Below, in pieces: positions 20,301 through 30,008 of a stretch of DNA of 64,000 nt. The DNA is from a virus. Location: IMG/VR virus record IMGVR_UViG_3300025276_000022; one strand, written 5' to 3'. The position numbers and the translations under genes are program-made. Position 1 is the first letter of the stretch; the number at the start of each line of letters is the position of its first letter. Under the pieces are notes generated by a model. The model made no database searches and was not told where the DNA came from. It saw only the letters and a program-made list of their open reading frames with translations.

Positions 20301-20517
20301 TGTTGATGCTGGTCAAGTTGCAGCAATCTCTGCTTCTGCAGCTGCTTTGTCTGGTGGTCTATGTATCACTTATGATCCAGCAACAGGTGAGATCAAAATA
20401 GACACAGTAGAAACTGCTTCATCGTTACTCGTTGCAGACTCTAACAATTTAGGTAGTCAATCACCTTCGCACTACCGTATCGATGTTTATAATGTAAACG
20501 GTACTATTGTTAACTAA
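17305..20517 (+). CDS. Fibre protein with CBM-like insert and FG-GAP-like beta-propeller insert
   Basis: APAALDTLNELAAALGDDANFA fibre motifs; FGSQLG / FGYSYA / IGQSAA / FGYRVV blade-like motifs. Confidence 0.7.
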   Translation: MSSNKKFRIQNGAAITGEVTVNDQVVITEAGIVTVPAISAAVATIVASDIATLQSQVDAILGTSPESLNTLQEIVSLFQSEDGDIQTLITNNSTAITAMQATLSSGVAGAADFAALDLLVSGLSGRGSELVDGIDHTKWDYIHGTINTNSNNVQFTRNVDGMVARMTLTGFEVGKTYQIRTSGDQESAFVTLSPQAYNNYGDFNSSSFKTAFHNHSPGTGDVLTESGTFFVADATTLYMQIVGPTQNPFQLYDISITEYNVPVALETSSGSVVESINELHTEIGAETAARTAAIAAIPATDLTPYSTTVQTTAAIATAKTEAQSYADQVVAATVDAAPAALDTLNELAAALGDDANFASTVTSSIATKADDVATTTALATKADDAATTAALATKADVSSISSIEGFLNGTPSVPAISPLADLFTPEPSDYTSWNPNGGDDDEGKFGSQLGSSEDFLFVSANGHDGGIGMMWIYPKSDMSNPVELTYPQTHSVGNAGFGYSYAFSETTKTLMVATRYAHDTVGVGTEGALHWFNLTDVNNITLIQSVYGAGGEEIGQSAAYDSGKFFSSRTGDGGGQVSKVYVYDETNLSAAPTVILDPETEASSHEYFGYRVVAGQGYLYILDLFAYADGSNSQRLGRWYIYDSSTLAYTGVSFNGVANMAHFGAMIDGYFVHGIDGGYNSVGSFERVIIGTDTVATSHSFGVGSGGITFIDDTHLWWGTFGKISSGYLGNVKAYPWAGDFTTSDVTINTDYDSGKLYKDGDVVYITARNQSSASWNNYAAKYAKVSRYSWSSGFSLQSNLESLVSAETTARTAAIAAIPATDLTPYSTTTEMNSSIATAKSEAQTYADQVVASTIDAAPASLDTLNELAAALGDDANFASTITASIATKATAADLTALEAQITGGVATLAQGALADTALQPADLVANTTAIATNASNLTALETSHSADLVNLTARTYGVTYDPNAANVEVDSTLDMQTNAIINVAAPSAADDAATKAYVDAGQVAAISASAAALSGGLCITYDPATGEIKIDTVETASSLLVADSNNLGSQSPSHYRIDVYNVNGTIVN
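18156..19976 (+). repeat. ~255-bp imperfect direct repeats (18156-18410 and 19722-19976) flanking the propeller domain
   Basis: Both copies encode AET.ARTAAIAAIPATDLTPYSTT...LDTLNELAAALGDDANFAST...IATKA. Confidence 0.85.
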
Positions 20518-20542
20518 TCTTAAAGTAAAACTAAGATATAAA

Positions 20543-20570
20543 GGGGAGACTTCGGTTTCCCCTTTTTTTT
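20543..20570 (+). terminator. Rho-independent terminator
   Basis: GGGGAGAC-TTCG-GTTTCCCC followed by T8. Confidence 0.9.
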
Positions 20571-20584
20571 ACATTTCTTTTTCA

Positions 20585-20604
20585 TATAAATAAACGTATA
20601 AATA
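20585..20604 (+). promoter_or_regulatory. Tandem T4 late promoters
   Basis: TATAAATA at 20585 and 20597. Confidence 0.75.
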
Positions 20605-20631
20605 GTATGTAACTAATATTGGATTATATTC

Positions 20632-21402
20632 ATGTATTCAACAAGCAAAGAAGAATTGATAGATTACTGCCTACGTGCCTTAGGACATCCGGTAGTCGAA
20701 GTCAACATAGACGAAGAACAACTAGACGATCGTATTGACGAGGCGTTACAGTGGTTTCGTGAAAATCATCCGGACGGTTCTAAACGATACTATCTAAAAC
20801 ACCAATTGACACAGTCTGACATTGATAATCAGGCTGTAGATTTGAGTGATGACTTAGATCTTACCGCAGTTGTCCGTATGATACCGATGAGTTTTAGTAA
20901 TGCACACTCAGGTTGGTTCAGTGATGCATGGCAGTTTATGTCCCATACTATTAGCGACTTTGCTAATGGTGGTGGTCTACTAGGGGATCTTGCACATTAC
21001 GAACAGATGCAACAATCACTATCTCTACTCGACATGAAACTGGGTGGTCATCCACAAATAACATTTGATCGTCAATATAATCGTATAAACCTACATGTTT
21101 CTAAAACTAATCTGAAACTAGATGATTTTATAATATTCGAAGTTTATGCCATACGTAACCCAGATAGTAGTATAAACGAATACAATTCCCTCTGGAATCA
21201 CAAGTTCTTAAAAGAATATGCTACTGCACTGATTAAACGTCAGTGGGGTACTAATCTAATTAAGTTTGATGGTATGACACTGCCCGGCGGTGTTACGGTC
21301 AACGCACGTTTGATCTATGAAGATTCCCTTGCGGATATTGATAGGCTCATGGAAAAATTTCGTAACGAAGAAGATGAAGGGCCTATGTTCTTCATGGGGT
21401 AA
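20632..21402 (+). CDS. gp13: Neck protein
   Basis: LIDYCLRALG.PVVEVN; KRQWGTNLIKF.GMTLPGGVTVN; synteny. Confidence 0.92.
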   Translation: MYSTSKEELIDYCLRALGHPVVEVNIDEEQLDDRIDEALQWFRENHPDGSKRYYLKHQLTQSDIDNQAVDLSDDLDLTAVVRMIPMSFSNAHSGWFSDAWQFMSHTISDFANGGGLLGDLAHYEQMQQSLSLLDMKLGGHPQITFDRQYNRINLHVSKTNLKLDDFIIFEVYAIRNPDSSINEYNSLWNHKFLKEYATALIKRQWGTNLIKFDGMTLPGGVTVNARLIYEDSLADIDRLMEKFRNEEDEGPMFFMG

Positions 21403-21405
21403 TTG

Positions 21406-22284
21406 ATGGCAACTAATCCATATATAAGTCAAAAATACAGACCGGAACAGAATCTCTACGAAGATATTCTTATTGAAGCGATCCAGTTCTACGGACAGGA
21501 CGTTTATTATCTCCCACGGGAAGTCGTGGAAAGAGAAGACATCTTCCTTGACAGCATCCAGTCACAGTTCTCGGACGCCTATAAAGTAGAAGTGTATATT
21601 GAAAACACTGAAGCATTTGATGGGGAAGGAGATCTATTCACTAAGTTTGGTATCGAACTCCGAGACCAGTCTACCTTTGTCATTGCACGTCGTCGGTGGA
21701 GAGAGTTGGTAGGCGATCGTCTTGCCGATAATCAATTCCGTCCTAGAGAAGGTGATGTTATCTATCTCCCGTTATCCGAATCTTTATTCGAGGTAAAAAA
21801 GGTCGAGACAGAAACTCCGTTCTATCAGTTATCTCAACTACCACTATTCCGTATGCAATGTGAGTTGTTCGAGTACTCTGATGAGGACTTCGACACAGGT
21901 ATCGAAGGTATTGATAGAGTTGAATCGGAGGCTGCATTCCAATACGAACTTGTTATGGAAACATCTGAAAGTGAATTCTATTATGAGCCAGGCGAAAATG
22001 TAACTCAGACGTTTGGCGATTATGTGATTGAAGGCGAAGTTACATCTTTTAATTCGGAGACTCGTCTGTTAAGAATTGCACACACTGGTGCTGACGATGG
22101 TAACTACCATGTTTGGGCGACAGATCGTCCAATAGTGGGAAGTAACGCATCTCTCACTCCAGTATCTTTCGATGAAGGAATAAATGAGATTCAACCACTT
22201 TCACAGAATAAAGTGTTTGATGATTTTGCTAATGATTTTGTGGACTTCTCTGAGTCCAATCCGTTTGGAGATTTATCGTCATGA
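21406..22284 (+). CDS. gp14: Neck protein
   Basis: EQNLYEDILIEAIQFYGQDVYYLPR; RPREGDVIY.PL; synteny. Confidence 0.92.
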   Translation: MATNPYISQKYRPEQNLYEDILIEAIQFYGQDVYYLPREVVEREDIFLDSIQSQFSDAYKVEVYIENTEAFDGEGDLFTKFGIELRDQSTFVIARRRWRELVGDRLADNQFRPREGDVIYLPLSESLFEVKKVETETPFYQLSQLPLFRMQCELFEYSDEDFDTGIEGIDRVESEAAFQYELVMETSESEFYYEPGENVTQTFGDYVIEGEVTSFNSETRLLRIAHTGADDGNYHVWATDRPIVGSNASLTPVSFDEGINEIQPLSQNKVFDDFANDFVDFSESNPFGDLSS

Positions 22285-23057
22285 TGGGAGGACACTTTTA
22301 CCATAAACGCGTTCGTACTTGCGTTGCTGTATTTGGGTCAATGTTTAATGACCTACACGTTTTGAGAACAGACTCAAACGGCAAGGTGTTATCTCAAGTA
22401 AAGGTACCTTTATCTTATGCACCTAAAAGGTCGTTCATCGAACGTCTAGAAGAGATGAGTAACGGAGAACAAGCAGAGCGTAGAGTTGCTATCAAGCTTC
22501 CTCGTATGTCGTTCGAGATAACCTCTATCGCATATGACGCAGCACGTCAACTACCTAAAGTAAATGGGTTCGGTGGTATCGTATCTTCTGGGAACGAAAC
22601 GCAACGTAAGGTATATGTCGGTGTTCCGTATAATGTTTCTTTCTCGTTATCAGTGTATGCTAAATCTCAAGATGATGCATTACAAGTTGTTGAACAGATT
22701 ATACCATACTTCGCACCTCAATACACACTGACCGTAAAACCTTTTGCGGATCAACCAGATATCAAAGAAGATGTTCCTATAGTACTCACTGGTCTAGATT
22801 TCCAAGACGATTTCGAGGGGCCAATAGAGCAAAGGCGTACAATAATATACACTCTTAACTTTGAAATGAGAGTTAATTTCTATGGGCCGGAGATTACGTC
22901 ACCAATAATCCGTGAAGTAAATACCAATCTAAATCTGATAAATATAGATGACGAAGAAAGTTTACTGGAAACTATAAATACTACACCGACACCGATAGAC
23001 GTAAGTCCGGATAGTGATTACGGTTTCAGTACAGATATAATCTTCCCTAATAATTAG
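22281..23057 (+). CDS. gp15: Tail sheath stabiliser/terminator
   Basis: FGSMFN; KVPLSYAPK; LPRMSFE; QVVEQIIPYF.P. Confidence 0.92.
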   Translation: MMGGHFYHKRVRTCVAVFGSMFNDLHVLRTDSNGKVLSQVKVPLSYAPKRSFIERLEEMSNGEQAERRVAIKLPRMSFEITSIAYDAARQLPKVNGFGGIVSSGNETQRKVYVGVPYNVSFSLSVYAKSQDDALQVVEQIIPYFAPQYTLTVKPFADQPDIKEDVPIVLTGLDFQDDFEGPIEQRRTIIYTLNFEMRVNFYGPEITSPIIREVNTNLNLINIDDEESLLETINTTPTPIDVSPDSDYGFSTDIIFPNN

Positions 23058-23067
23058 GCCATATATA

Positions 23068-23460
23068 ATGAGTGATTCGAGTAATATCCCTGCCGTGGTT
23101 AAAGACGAGCAGAATAAAAATATAGCTACAGATTATGAATATTCAAGAGAGACTTACTACGACCTAATCGAAAAAGGTCGGGAGTCTTTAGAGTTAATGA
23201 TTGAAGTTGCACGAGAGTCGGAACACCCTCGTGCGTTCGAAGTTCTTTCTGGTATGATCAAAGGTATCTCTGACGTTAACGATAAGTTAATGGATCTGAA
23301 CAAGAAACAAAAAGAAATTACCAAAGAAGACACCCCCTCATCCGAAGGTGGTGCAACAACTAATAATAATCTATTTGTAGGGTCTACTACTGAACTTCAA
23401 CGTATGCTTCTGGGTGATCCTTTGGCTGATGAAAAAGTAATTGATCAAGAAGAAGATTGA
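23068..23460 (+). CDS. gp16: Terminase small subunit
   Basis: DYEYSR; EHPRAFEV; NNNLFVGST.ELQ; late promoter at 22973. Confidence 0.9.
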   Translation: MSDSSNIPAVVKDEQNKNIATDYEYSRETYYDLIEKGRESLELMIEVARESEHPRAFEVLSGMIKGISDVNDKLMDLNKKQKEITKEDTPSSEGGATTNNNLFVGSTTELQRMLLGDPLADEKVIDQEED

Positions 23461-25067
23461 TGGCATCCTTCACTAAGAATTCTTATCTGGGAAATCCCCA
23501 AGTTAAACGTGATGGTGTGTCTGAGGAGTGGGATAAGAAGCAACTCCGCGAATACCAGAAGTGTATGAATAACCCTGCTTACTTTTGTAAAAAGTATGTT
23601 AAGGTCGTGCACCTAGATAGAGGTCTAGTACCTTTTAAGTTATATGATTATCAAGAGGAGATGTTTAACCACTTCAATGATAATCGATTCTCCATCGTTC
23701 TTGCTTGTCGACAGTCCGGTAAATCTATATCGTCTGTAGGTTACATCCTATGGTACTCTCTATTCCACCCAGAGAAGACTGTCGCTATCCTTGCTAACAA
23801 AGGTGCGACTGCACGTGAGATGTTATCCCGTGTGACATTGATGTTAGAGAATCTTCCATTCTTCCTCCAGCCTGGATGTAAGGCACTCAACAAAGGGTCT
23901 ATAGAATTCTCTAACAACTCACGAATCATTGCTGCAGCAACGTCTGGGTCTTCTATTCGTGGTATGTCGGTCAACCTATTGTTCCTAGATGAGTTTGCAT
24001 TCGTAGAGAATGCAGCAGAGTTCTACACTTCTACATACCCAGTAATCTCATCTGGTGTTGACACAAAGGTTATCATAACAAGTACCGCAAACGGTATCGG
24101 TAATACTTACCAGAAGATATGGGAAGGTGCAGTACAGAAGGTCAATGAATATAAACCATTCCGTGTGGATTGGTGGGATGTGCCTGGCAGAGATGAGAAG
24201 TGGAAAGCACAAACTATCGCAAACACTTCGCAGTTACAGTTTGACCAAGAGTTTGGTAATACATTCTTTGGTACTGGTAATACTCTTATTGAGGGTCAAG
24301 TACTTCTTGACTTACGTGCTAGAGAACCTATTAGAAGATTAGAAGGTGGTGACCTATTAGTCTATGAAGACACAATCGAAGATCACCAGTATATCATGAC
24401 CGTAGATGTTTGTCAAGGGCGTGGTCAGGATTATTCTACATTTAATATCTTCGATGTTTCGGTACAGCCATTTAAACAAGTCTGCGTTTATCGCAACAAT
24501 AGAATATCCCCGATACTATATCCTAATATCATTTACAAATATGCCACTGCATATAATGAAGCATATGCTGTTATTGAAAATAACGATCAAGGAATGGTGG
24601 TGTGTGTTGGGTTGTATCAAGATTTAGAATATGAGAACATCCACTTAGAGTCAGCAATCAAGGCAGACTCCATTGGTATTCGTATGGACAGAAAGGTTAA
24701 ACGAATCGGGTGTTCGTCTATTAAGGATATCATAGAAAACCATAAACTAGATCTCGTTGATGAGAATACTATTATGGAGGTGTCGACTTTCATATCTAAA
24801 GGAACATCTTTCGAAGCTTCGACTGGTAACCACGATGACTTAATGATGAATCTAGTGATGTTTGGTTATTTTGTTAGCACACAGTCTTTCGGTGATATGA
24901 CCGATGTGAACATAAAACAAATGTTATTTGATCAACGTATGAAAGAGATTGATGACGATGTATTGCCATTTGGGATTTACGACAACGGATTAGATAATAT
25001 TTCTCCCGTCGAGAAAAGCGACCCATATAGCATGGATTGGGCGACATATGACCCCGAAGCTTGGTAA
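23460..25067 (+). CDS. gp17: Terminase large subunit
   Basis: RQSGKS Walker A; LFLDEFAF Walker B; ITST.NG; HDDLMM nuclease motif. Confidence 0.95.
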   Translation: MASFTKNSYLGNPQVKRDGVSEEWDKKQLREYQKCMNNPAYFCKKYVKVVHLDRGLVPFKLYDYQEEMFNHFNDNRFSIVLACRQSGKSISSVGYILWYSLFHPEKTVAILANKGATAREMLSRVTLMLENLPFFLQPGCKALNKGSIEFSNNSRIIAAATSGSSIRGMSVNLLFLDEFAFVENAAEFYTSTYPVISSGVDTKVIITSTANGIGNTYQKIWEGAVQKVNEYKPFRVDWWDVPGRDEKWKAQTIANTSQLQFDQEFGNTFFGTGNTLIEGQVLLDLRAREPIRRLEGGDLLVYEDTIEDHQYIMTVDVCQGRGQDYSTFNIFDVSVQPFKQVCVYRNNRISPILYPNIIYKYATAYNEAYAVIENNDQGMVVCVGLYQDLEYENIHLESAIKADSIGIRMDRKVKRIGCSSIKDIIENHKLDLVDENTIMEVSTFISKGTSFEASTGNHDDLMMNLVMFGYFVSTQSFGDMTDVNIKQMLFDQRMKEIDDDVLPFGIYDNGLDNISPVEKSDPYSMDWATYDPEAW

Positions 25068-25079
25068 ATTTACAATAAG

Positions 25080-25087
25080 TATAAATA
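25080..25087 (+). promoter_or_regulatory. T4-type late promoter
   Basis: TATAAATA before gp18. Confidence 0.75.
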
Positions 25088-25154
25088 GAACTATTGAGAA
25101 AGAATTCCGTATTATGACTAACTTATTATACCTTAACTAAAGAAGGACACTATC

Positions 25155-26714
25155 ATGACTCTATTATCTTCAGAGTCTCCAGCAGTAACAGTAAGAGAGA
25201 TCGATCTAACAGGCAATGTGCCTGCGGTCACTTCTACTACTGGTGCTATTGTAGGCGAATTTAATTGGGGCCCAGTGAACACACCAGTCTTGATCGGTAA
25301 CGAATCAGAATTGGCGTCTACTTTTGGATCCCCACTATCAGGAGATGCATATGCAGGAGATTTTCTTTCTGCTTCATACTTCCTGAAATACTCTTCAAGC
25401 GCATTTGTAGTTCGCGCAGATCGACCAGACATCCCAGAAGTTCCAGCAGTTCTAGATTCTGACGGAACTGAAGTAACTCCTCTAGTCCCAGCATACCAAG
25501 GTTACAGAAAATCTTCGGCAGGTGTTTTCGAAGCAAAATACTTCGGCAAGCTTGGCGATACAATCAAAATAGATACAGCAGACGCTTCGGCATTCAGTGC
25601 TTGGGCCTATGAAGGTTACTTCACAGCAGCACCACAAGCTAATGAAGTTCACGTTATCGTAATTCAAAACGAAGTCGTTGTTGAAACATACGAATTTGTA
25701 TCCACTATTGCTGGATCTAGAAATCCTAATGGAACTACTAATTTCGTCACAGACGTTATTAATGCAGGATCTTCTTGGATCACTGTTTCCGGAGTTCCAA
25801 CAGCAGGATCATCTACCTTGAGTGGTGGTGACGATGGTGTAGAAGCTGCAGTGACCGAATATGCAGCTGCATTTGATGTATTCCTAAACAAGGAAGCTAT
25901 TCAGATAGATTTCTTAATCTCGCCAGCTGGTGGTCAAGACAAAGCGCAACAAGTACATTTAAAACTTGTTGAGATTGCTACCTCTCGTAAGGATTGTGTT
26001 GCGGTAATTTCCCCAACTATAGGTGATGTTGATGCTATGATATCATACGTTAGCACACTTAATTCACCTTCATCTTACTTGATCGTTGATGGAAACTGGT
26101 TTAAGGTTTACAACAAGTATCAGGATAAGTACGAGTTCATTCCAGCGGCATCTTCTACAGCAGGTGTTATGGCAGCTGCAGACGCAGTCTCTGCTCCTTG
26201 GTTCTCACCAGCAGGTTCACGTCGTGGACAATATCTAGGTGTTACCGAACTGAAGGTTAATCCTAGCAAAACAGAGCGTGATAAATTATACAAGAAGGGT
26301 ATTAATCCAATTGTTAGCATTCCTGGCCAAGGTGTCATGTTATTTGGTGACAAGACTCACCAAACACGTCCATCTGCATTTGATCGCATCAACGTTCGTA
26401 GACTATTCTTAGTTATCGAAAGAGCGATCAGCAAAGCTGGCGAAAACGTAATGTTCGAATTCAACGATGAGTTTACTCGTGCAGAATTCGTAAACATCGT
26501 AGAACCATTCCTACGGGAAATTCAGGGTCGTCGTGGTATCACTGACTTCCGTGTTGTTTGTGATGACACAAATAATACAGCAGAAGTTGTTGACCGCAAC
26601 GAATTCATCGCAACTTGCTTCATTAAACCAGCACGTTCAATCAACTACGTAACCTTAAACTTCGTAGCTGTTAGATCTGGTGTTGAGTTTGAAGAAGTCG
26701 TCGGCACAGTATAA
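25155..26714 (+). CDS. gp18: Tail sheath protein
   Basis: SPAVTVREIDLT; WFSPAG..RG; FDRINVRRLF; IKPARSINY. Confidence 0.95.
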   Translation: MTLLSSESPAVTVREIDLTGNVPAVTSTTGAIVGEFNWGPVNTPVLIGNESELASTFGSPLSGDAYAGDFLSASYFLKYSSSAFVVRADRPDIPEVPAVLDSDGTEVTPLVPAYQGYRKSSAGVFEAKYFGKLGDTIKIDTADASAFSAWAYEGYFTAAPQANEVHVIVIQNEVVVETYEFVSTIAGSRNPNGTTNFVTDVINAGSSWITVSGVPTAGSSTLSGGDDGVEAAVTEYAAAFDVFLNKEAIQIDFLISPAGGQDKAQQVHLKLVEIATSRKDCVAVISPTIGDVDAMISYVSTLNSPSSYLIVDGNWFKVYNKYQDKYEFIPAASSTAGVMAAADAVSAPWFSPAGSRRGQYLGVTELKVNPSKTERDKLYKKGINPIVSIPGQGVMLFGDKTHQTRPSAFDRINVRRLFLVIERAISKAGENVMFEFNDEFTRAEFVNIVEPFLREIQGRRGITDFRVVCDDTNNTAEVVDRNEFIATCFIKPARSINYVTLNFVAVRSGVEFEEVVGTV

Positions 26715-26725
26715 GGGGTATAATC

Positions 26726-27250
26726 ATGTCATTAAGAGTAGACGATTTTAAAGCAAAATTAAAAGGTGGTGGTGCACGTCCAAATTTATTCCGTGCAACA
26801 GTTAACTTCCCAGCATACGCTGGCGGTGATGCTGAACTAACTTCTTTCATGTGTAAGGGAGCTCAATTACCAGCTTCTCTTATAAACGTTATCGAAGTTC
26901 CTTTCCGTGGTCGACAGTTGAAGATTGCGGGCGACCGTACATTCGAACCGTGGACAGTTACAGTAATCAACGATACCGATTTCACTACACGTAACGCCAT
27001 GGAAAAGTGGATGAACGGTATGAATGGTCACAGCGCCAATACGGGTATCACTAATCCTGTCGCTTACCAAGCAGACCTAATTGTTGATCAGTTAGATAAA
27101 GATGGTTCGGTATTAAAGACATATAACTTCCGTGGTTGTTTTCCGACAAATGTTTCGGCAATCGATCTAAGTTATGAAACCAATGATACAGTCGAAGAGT
27201 TCACAGTAGAGTTTCAAGTACAATACTGGGAGTCAGATACCACTAGTTAA
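26726..27250 (+). CDS. gp19: Tail tube protein
   Basis: GGARPNLF; FRGRQLKIAGDRTF.PW. Confidence 0.95.
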   Translation: MSLRVDDFKAKLKGGGARPNLFRATVNFPAYAGGDAELTSFMCKGAQLPASLINVIEVPFRGRQLKIAGDRTFEPWTVTVINDTDFTTRNAMEKWMNGMNGHSANTGITNPVAYQADLIVDQLDKDGSVLKTYNFRGCFPTNVSAIDLSYETNDTVEEFTVEFQVQYWESDTTS

Positions 27251-27271
27251 TAGTATTATAAGTATATGAAA

Positions 27272-27297
27272 GGGGGTGGTTCTCCACCCCCAATTTA
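27272..27297 (+). terminator. GC-rich hairpin, possible terminator
   Basis: GGGGGTGG-TTCT-CCACCCCC followed by an AT-rich tail. Confidence 0.5.
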
Positions 27298-27313
27298 TTA
27301 TTAAGAGGATATT

Positions 27314-28816
27314 ATGGCAGACAACAATTTGTTTAAAGCGTTTGGATTTGAGATAAAGAGATCCAAAACCGCAAACAAGGAAGATGACAAAGCAACTTCT
27401 ATTGTCCCTAAAGTGGATGAGGACGGTGCTGGGTATGTCACTGCCTCTGGTTCTTACTTCGGTCAGTATGTCGACATGGAAGGCACTGGCGCAAAAGATA
27501 ACCAAGAGTTAATTAAAAAATATCGTATTATGGCAGAACACCCAGAGTGTGATGCTGCGATCGAAGATATCATCAACGAATCAATCGTTTCGTCCGAATT
27601 AGAAAGTTCAGTAACTATCAACCTAGATAAGGTTGAAGCTCCCGATAAAATTAAAAAGACTATATCTGAAGAGTTTGATGGTGTTGTATCCATGTTAAAC
27701 TTTGAAGAATATGGTCATGACATGTTCCGTTCATGGTATGTTGACGGAAGATTATATCATCATCTAATAGTTAACGAATCTAATCCTAAAGGGGGTATCT
27801 TAGAATGCCGGCCTGTCGACGCAACCAAGATTCGTAAAGTAAAAGAAGTGCAATACAAAAAGGACGCTAAGACAGGCGCGAAGGTCGTTGATGTAACAAA
27901 CGACTTTTACATCTATCAGGAGCGTGCCGGTGCGAACAACGGTATTAGATTGACACCGGATTCTGTTTCGTATGTCACTTCAGGTCTTCTAGACACCAGT
28001 AAGAAACGCGTACTGTCGTATCTACAGAAGGCAATGAAACCAGTAAACCAACTACGCATGATGGAAGACTCACTAGTCATCTATCGGATGGCCCGTGCAC
28101 CTGAACGTCGTATCTTCTATATTGACGTAGGTAATATGCCTAAAGGTAAAGCAGAGCAACATCTTAAAGACATTATGGCGAGATACCGAAACAAAATCGT
28201 GTATGACGCAAACAGTGGTGAGATCAAAGATGACCGCAAACATATGTCTATGCTCGAAGACTTCTGGTTACCTCGCCGAGAAGGCGGACGTGGCACAGAG
28301 ATAAGTACCTTGCCAGGCGGAGAAAACCTAGGACAGATTGACGATATCATTTATTTCCAAAAGAAGTTATATCGTTCATTGAACGTTCCGTTAAACCGTT
28401 TAGAGCAAGAGTCTCAATTCTCTCTAGGAAGAACCACCGAGATCAACCGTGACGAAGTCAAGTTCCAAAAGTTCATTGACCGTCTACGTAAAAAGTTTGC
28501 TCACTTGTTCCTTGGGATTTTAAAGAAACAACTTATTCTGAAAGCTATATGCACAGAACAAGACTGGGAAGAGTGGAAAAGTCAGATGCAAATCGACTAC
28601 TCCAGAGACAACCACTTTGTTGAGATGAAAGATGCAGAACTACTGCGTGAACGTCTACAGACTATGGATCAAGTATCTAGTTATGTCGGTGAATACTTCT
28701 CACGTGAGTGGGTAATGAAAAACGTAATGATGTTTAATGATGACGATATCGAAGAGATGTCCAACCAAGTTGAAGCCGAGAATGAAAACGGTTCAGACGA
28801 AGAAGAGGAAATGTGA
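27314..28816 (+). CDS. gp20: Portal protein
   Basis: RAPERRIFYIDVGNMPK; EDFWLPRREGGRGTEI.TLPGG. Confidence 0.96.
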   Translation: MADNNLFKAFGFEIKRSKTANKEDDKATSIVPKVDEDGAGYVTASGSYFGQYVDMEGTGAKDNQELIKKYRIMAEHPECDAAIEDIINESIVSSELESSVTINLDKVEAPDKIKKTISEEFDGVVSMLNFEEYGHDMFRSWYVDGRLYHHLIVNESNPKGGILECRPVDATKIRKVKEVQYKKDAKTGAKVVDVTNDFYIYQERAGANNGIRLTPDSVSYVTSGLLDTSKKRVLSYLQKAMKPVNQLRMMEDSLVIYRMARAPERRIFYIDVGNMPKGKAEQHLKDIMARYRNKIVYDANSGEIKDDRKHMSMLEDFWLPRREGGRGTEISTLPGGENLGQIDDIIYFQKKLYRSLNVPLNRLEQESQFSLGRTTEINRDEVKFQKFIDRLRKKFAHLFLGILKKQLILKAICTEQDWEEWKSQMQIDYSRDNHFVEMKDAELLRERLQTMDQVSSYVGEYFSREWVMKNVMMFNDDDIEEMSNQVEAENENGSDEEEEM

Positions 28817-28818
28817 TA

Positions 28819-29076
28819 ATGAGTGAAGTAGAAACAACCCCAACATTAGATTTTGTAAACGCACTTCAAGGTGGAGATTATAATTCTGCACAAGAACTGT
28901 TCAATGGTATCTTAGGTGGTAAAATGCAAGACACCCTAGACGCCGAAAAGGTCGCGGTAGCAGACACTATCTTCAATGGTGTCGAACCAGTTGACATGGA
29001 GATGTCCGACGAAGAAGTGGACGATGTCCTAGGCTCTGAGGTCTCTGAGGAAGAGGATTCGTCAGAAATAGCCTAA
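28819..29076 (+). CDS. Acidic prohead core protein (gp67-like)
   Basis: Position between gp20 and gp21; very acidic. Confidence 0.55.
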   Translation: MSEVETTPTLDFVNALQGGDYNSAQELFNGILGGKMQDTLDAEKVAVADTIFNGVEPVDMEMSDEEVDDVLGSEVSEEEDSSEIA

Positions 29077-29095
29077 TTTGGCACGATAAGTTTGT

Positions 29096-29119
29096 TATAA
29101 ATACTTTTTTGTATAAATA
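29096..29119 (+). promoter_or_regulatory. Tandem T4 late promoters
   Basis: TATAAATA at 29096 and 29112. Confidence 0.75.
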
Positions 29120-29139
29120 CTCCTAAACGAGGACTAATT

Positions 29140-29337
29140 GTGAAAACATTTAAAGATTTACGGGAAGCGAAAGATACCGTCGTCTTCAAGAAGAAGATGT
29201 CAGGTTACCCTGTAGTTATCACAAAAACTGCCAAGGGATTTCACCTATCTATTGATGGGGATTCTGTTGACACGTTTAAGTCTCAGAAAGAAGCGGAATC
29301 AACCGCGAAACAAGTCCTCAAAGACTTAGGAAAATAA
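29140..29337 (+). CDS. Small prohead core/internal protein (gp68 position)
   Basis: GAGGA RBS; MKTFKDLRE start resembling a capsid-targeting sequence. Confidence 0.55.
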   Translation: MKTFKDLREAKDTVVFKKKMSGYPVVITKTAKGFHLSIDGDSVDTFKSQKEAESTAKQVLKDLGK

Positions 29338-29338
29338 A

Positions 29339-29998
29339 ATGAAACTGATTAGCGAATACGTAGAACACGATGTACAATGCATTGTAGAAGCTAAAGATAA
29401 TGGTGAGAAGAATTACATTATTGAAGGTGTATTTGCACAAGCAGATAAAAAGAATCGTAACGGACGTGTTTACCCGAAAGCCATTATGGCTCGAGCGGTA
29501 ACCAAGTACGTTGATGAACAGGTTAGCAAGAAGAGGGCGGTAGGTGAGTTAAATCATCCTGAAGGCCCAACTGTTAACTTGGATAAAGTTTCGCATCTCA
29601 TCACTGATCTCCGTTTGGAAGGAATTGATGTGGTCGGAAAGGCACAAATATTAGATACCCCTATGGGTAAGATCGTAAAAGGTCTACTTGAGGGCGGTGT
29701 TCAATTAGGTGTGTCAACTCGTGGTATGGGAAGTCTTGAGCAAAAGAATGGCGTCATGTACGTCAAAGATGACTTTATTCTGAATACGGTAGACATTGTA
29801 CAAGATCCAAGCGCCCCTGAAGCTTTTGTTAATGGGATAATGGAAGGCGTAGACTGGGTCTGGAATAACGGCATCTTACAACCTCAAGTCATTGAAGAGA
29901 TAGAGACTGAAATCAAGCAAACTCCGATTGCGCATCTTCCAGAAGTGCAGATTCGGGAATTCAAGAATTTCCTCTCGTTAATCAAATCTAAACTATAA
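29339..29998 (+). CDS. gp21: Prohead protease
   Basis: NRNGRVYP; GELNHP; LGVSTRGMGSL; DPSAP.AFV. Confidence 0.95.
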   Translation: MKLISEYVEHDVQCIVEAKDNGEKNYIIEGVFAQADKKNRNGRVYPKAIMARAVTKYVDEQVSKKRAVGELNHPEGPTVNLDKVSHLITDLRLEGIDVVGKAQILDTPMGKIVKGLLEGGVQLGVSTRGMGSLEQKNGVMYVKDDFILNTVDIVQDPSAPEAFVNGIMEGVDWVWNNGILQPQVIEEIETEIKQTPIAHLPEVQIREFKNFLSLIKSKL

Positions 29999-30008
29999 GG
30001 AGTCATCT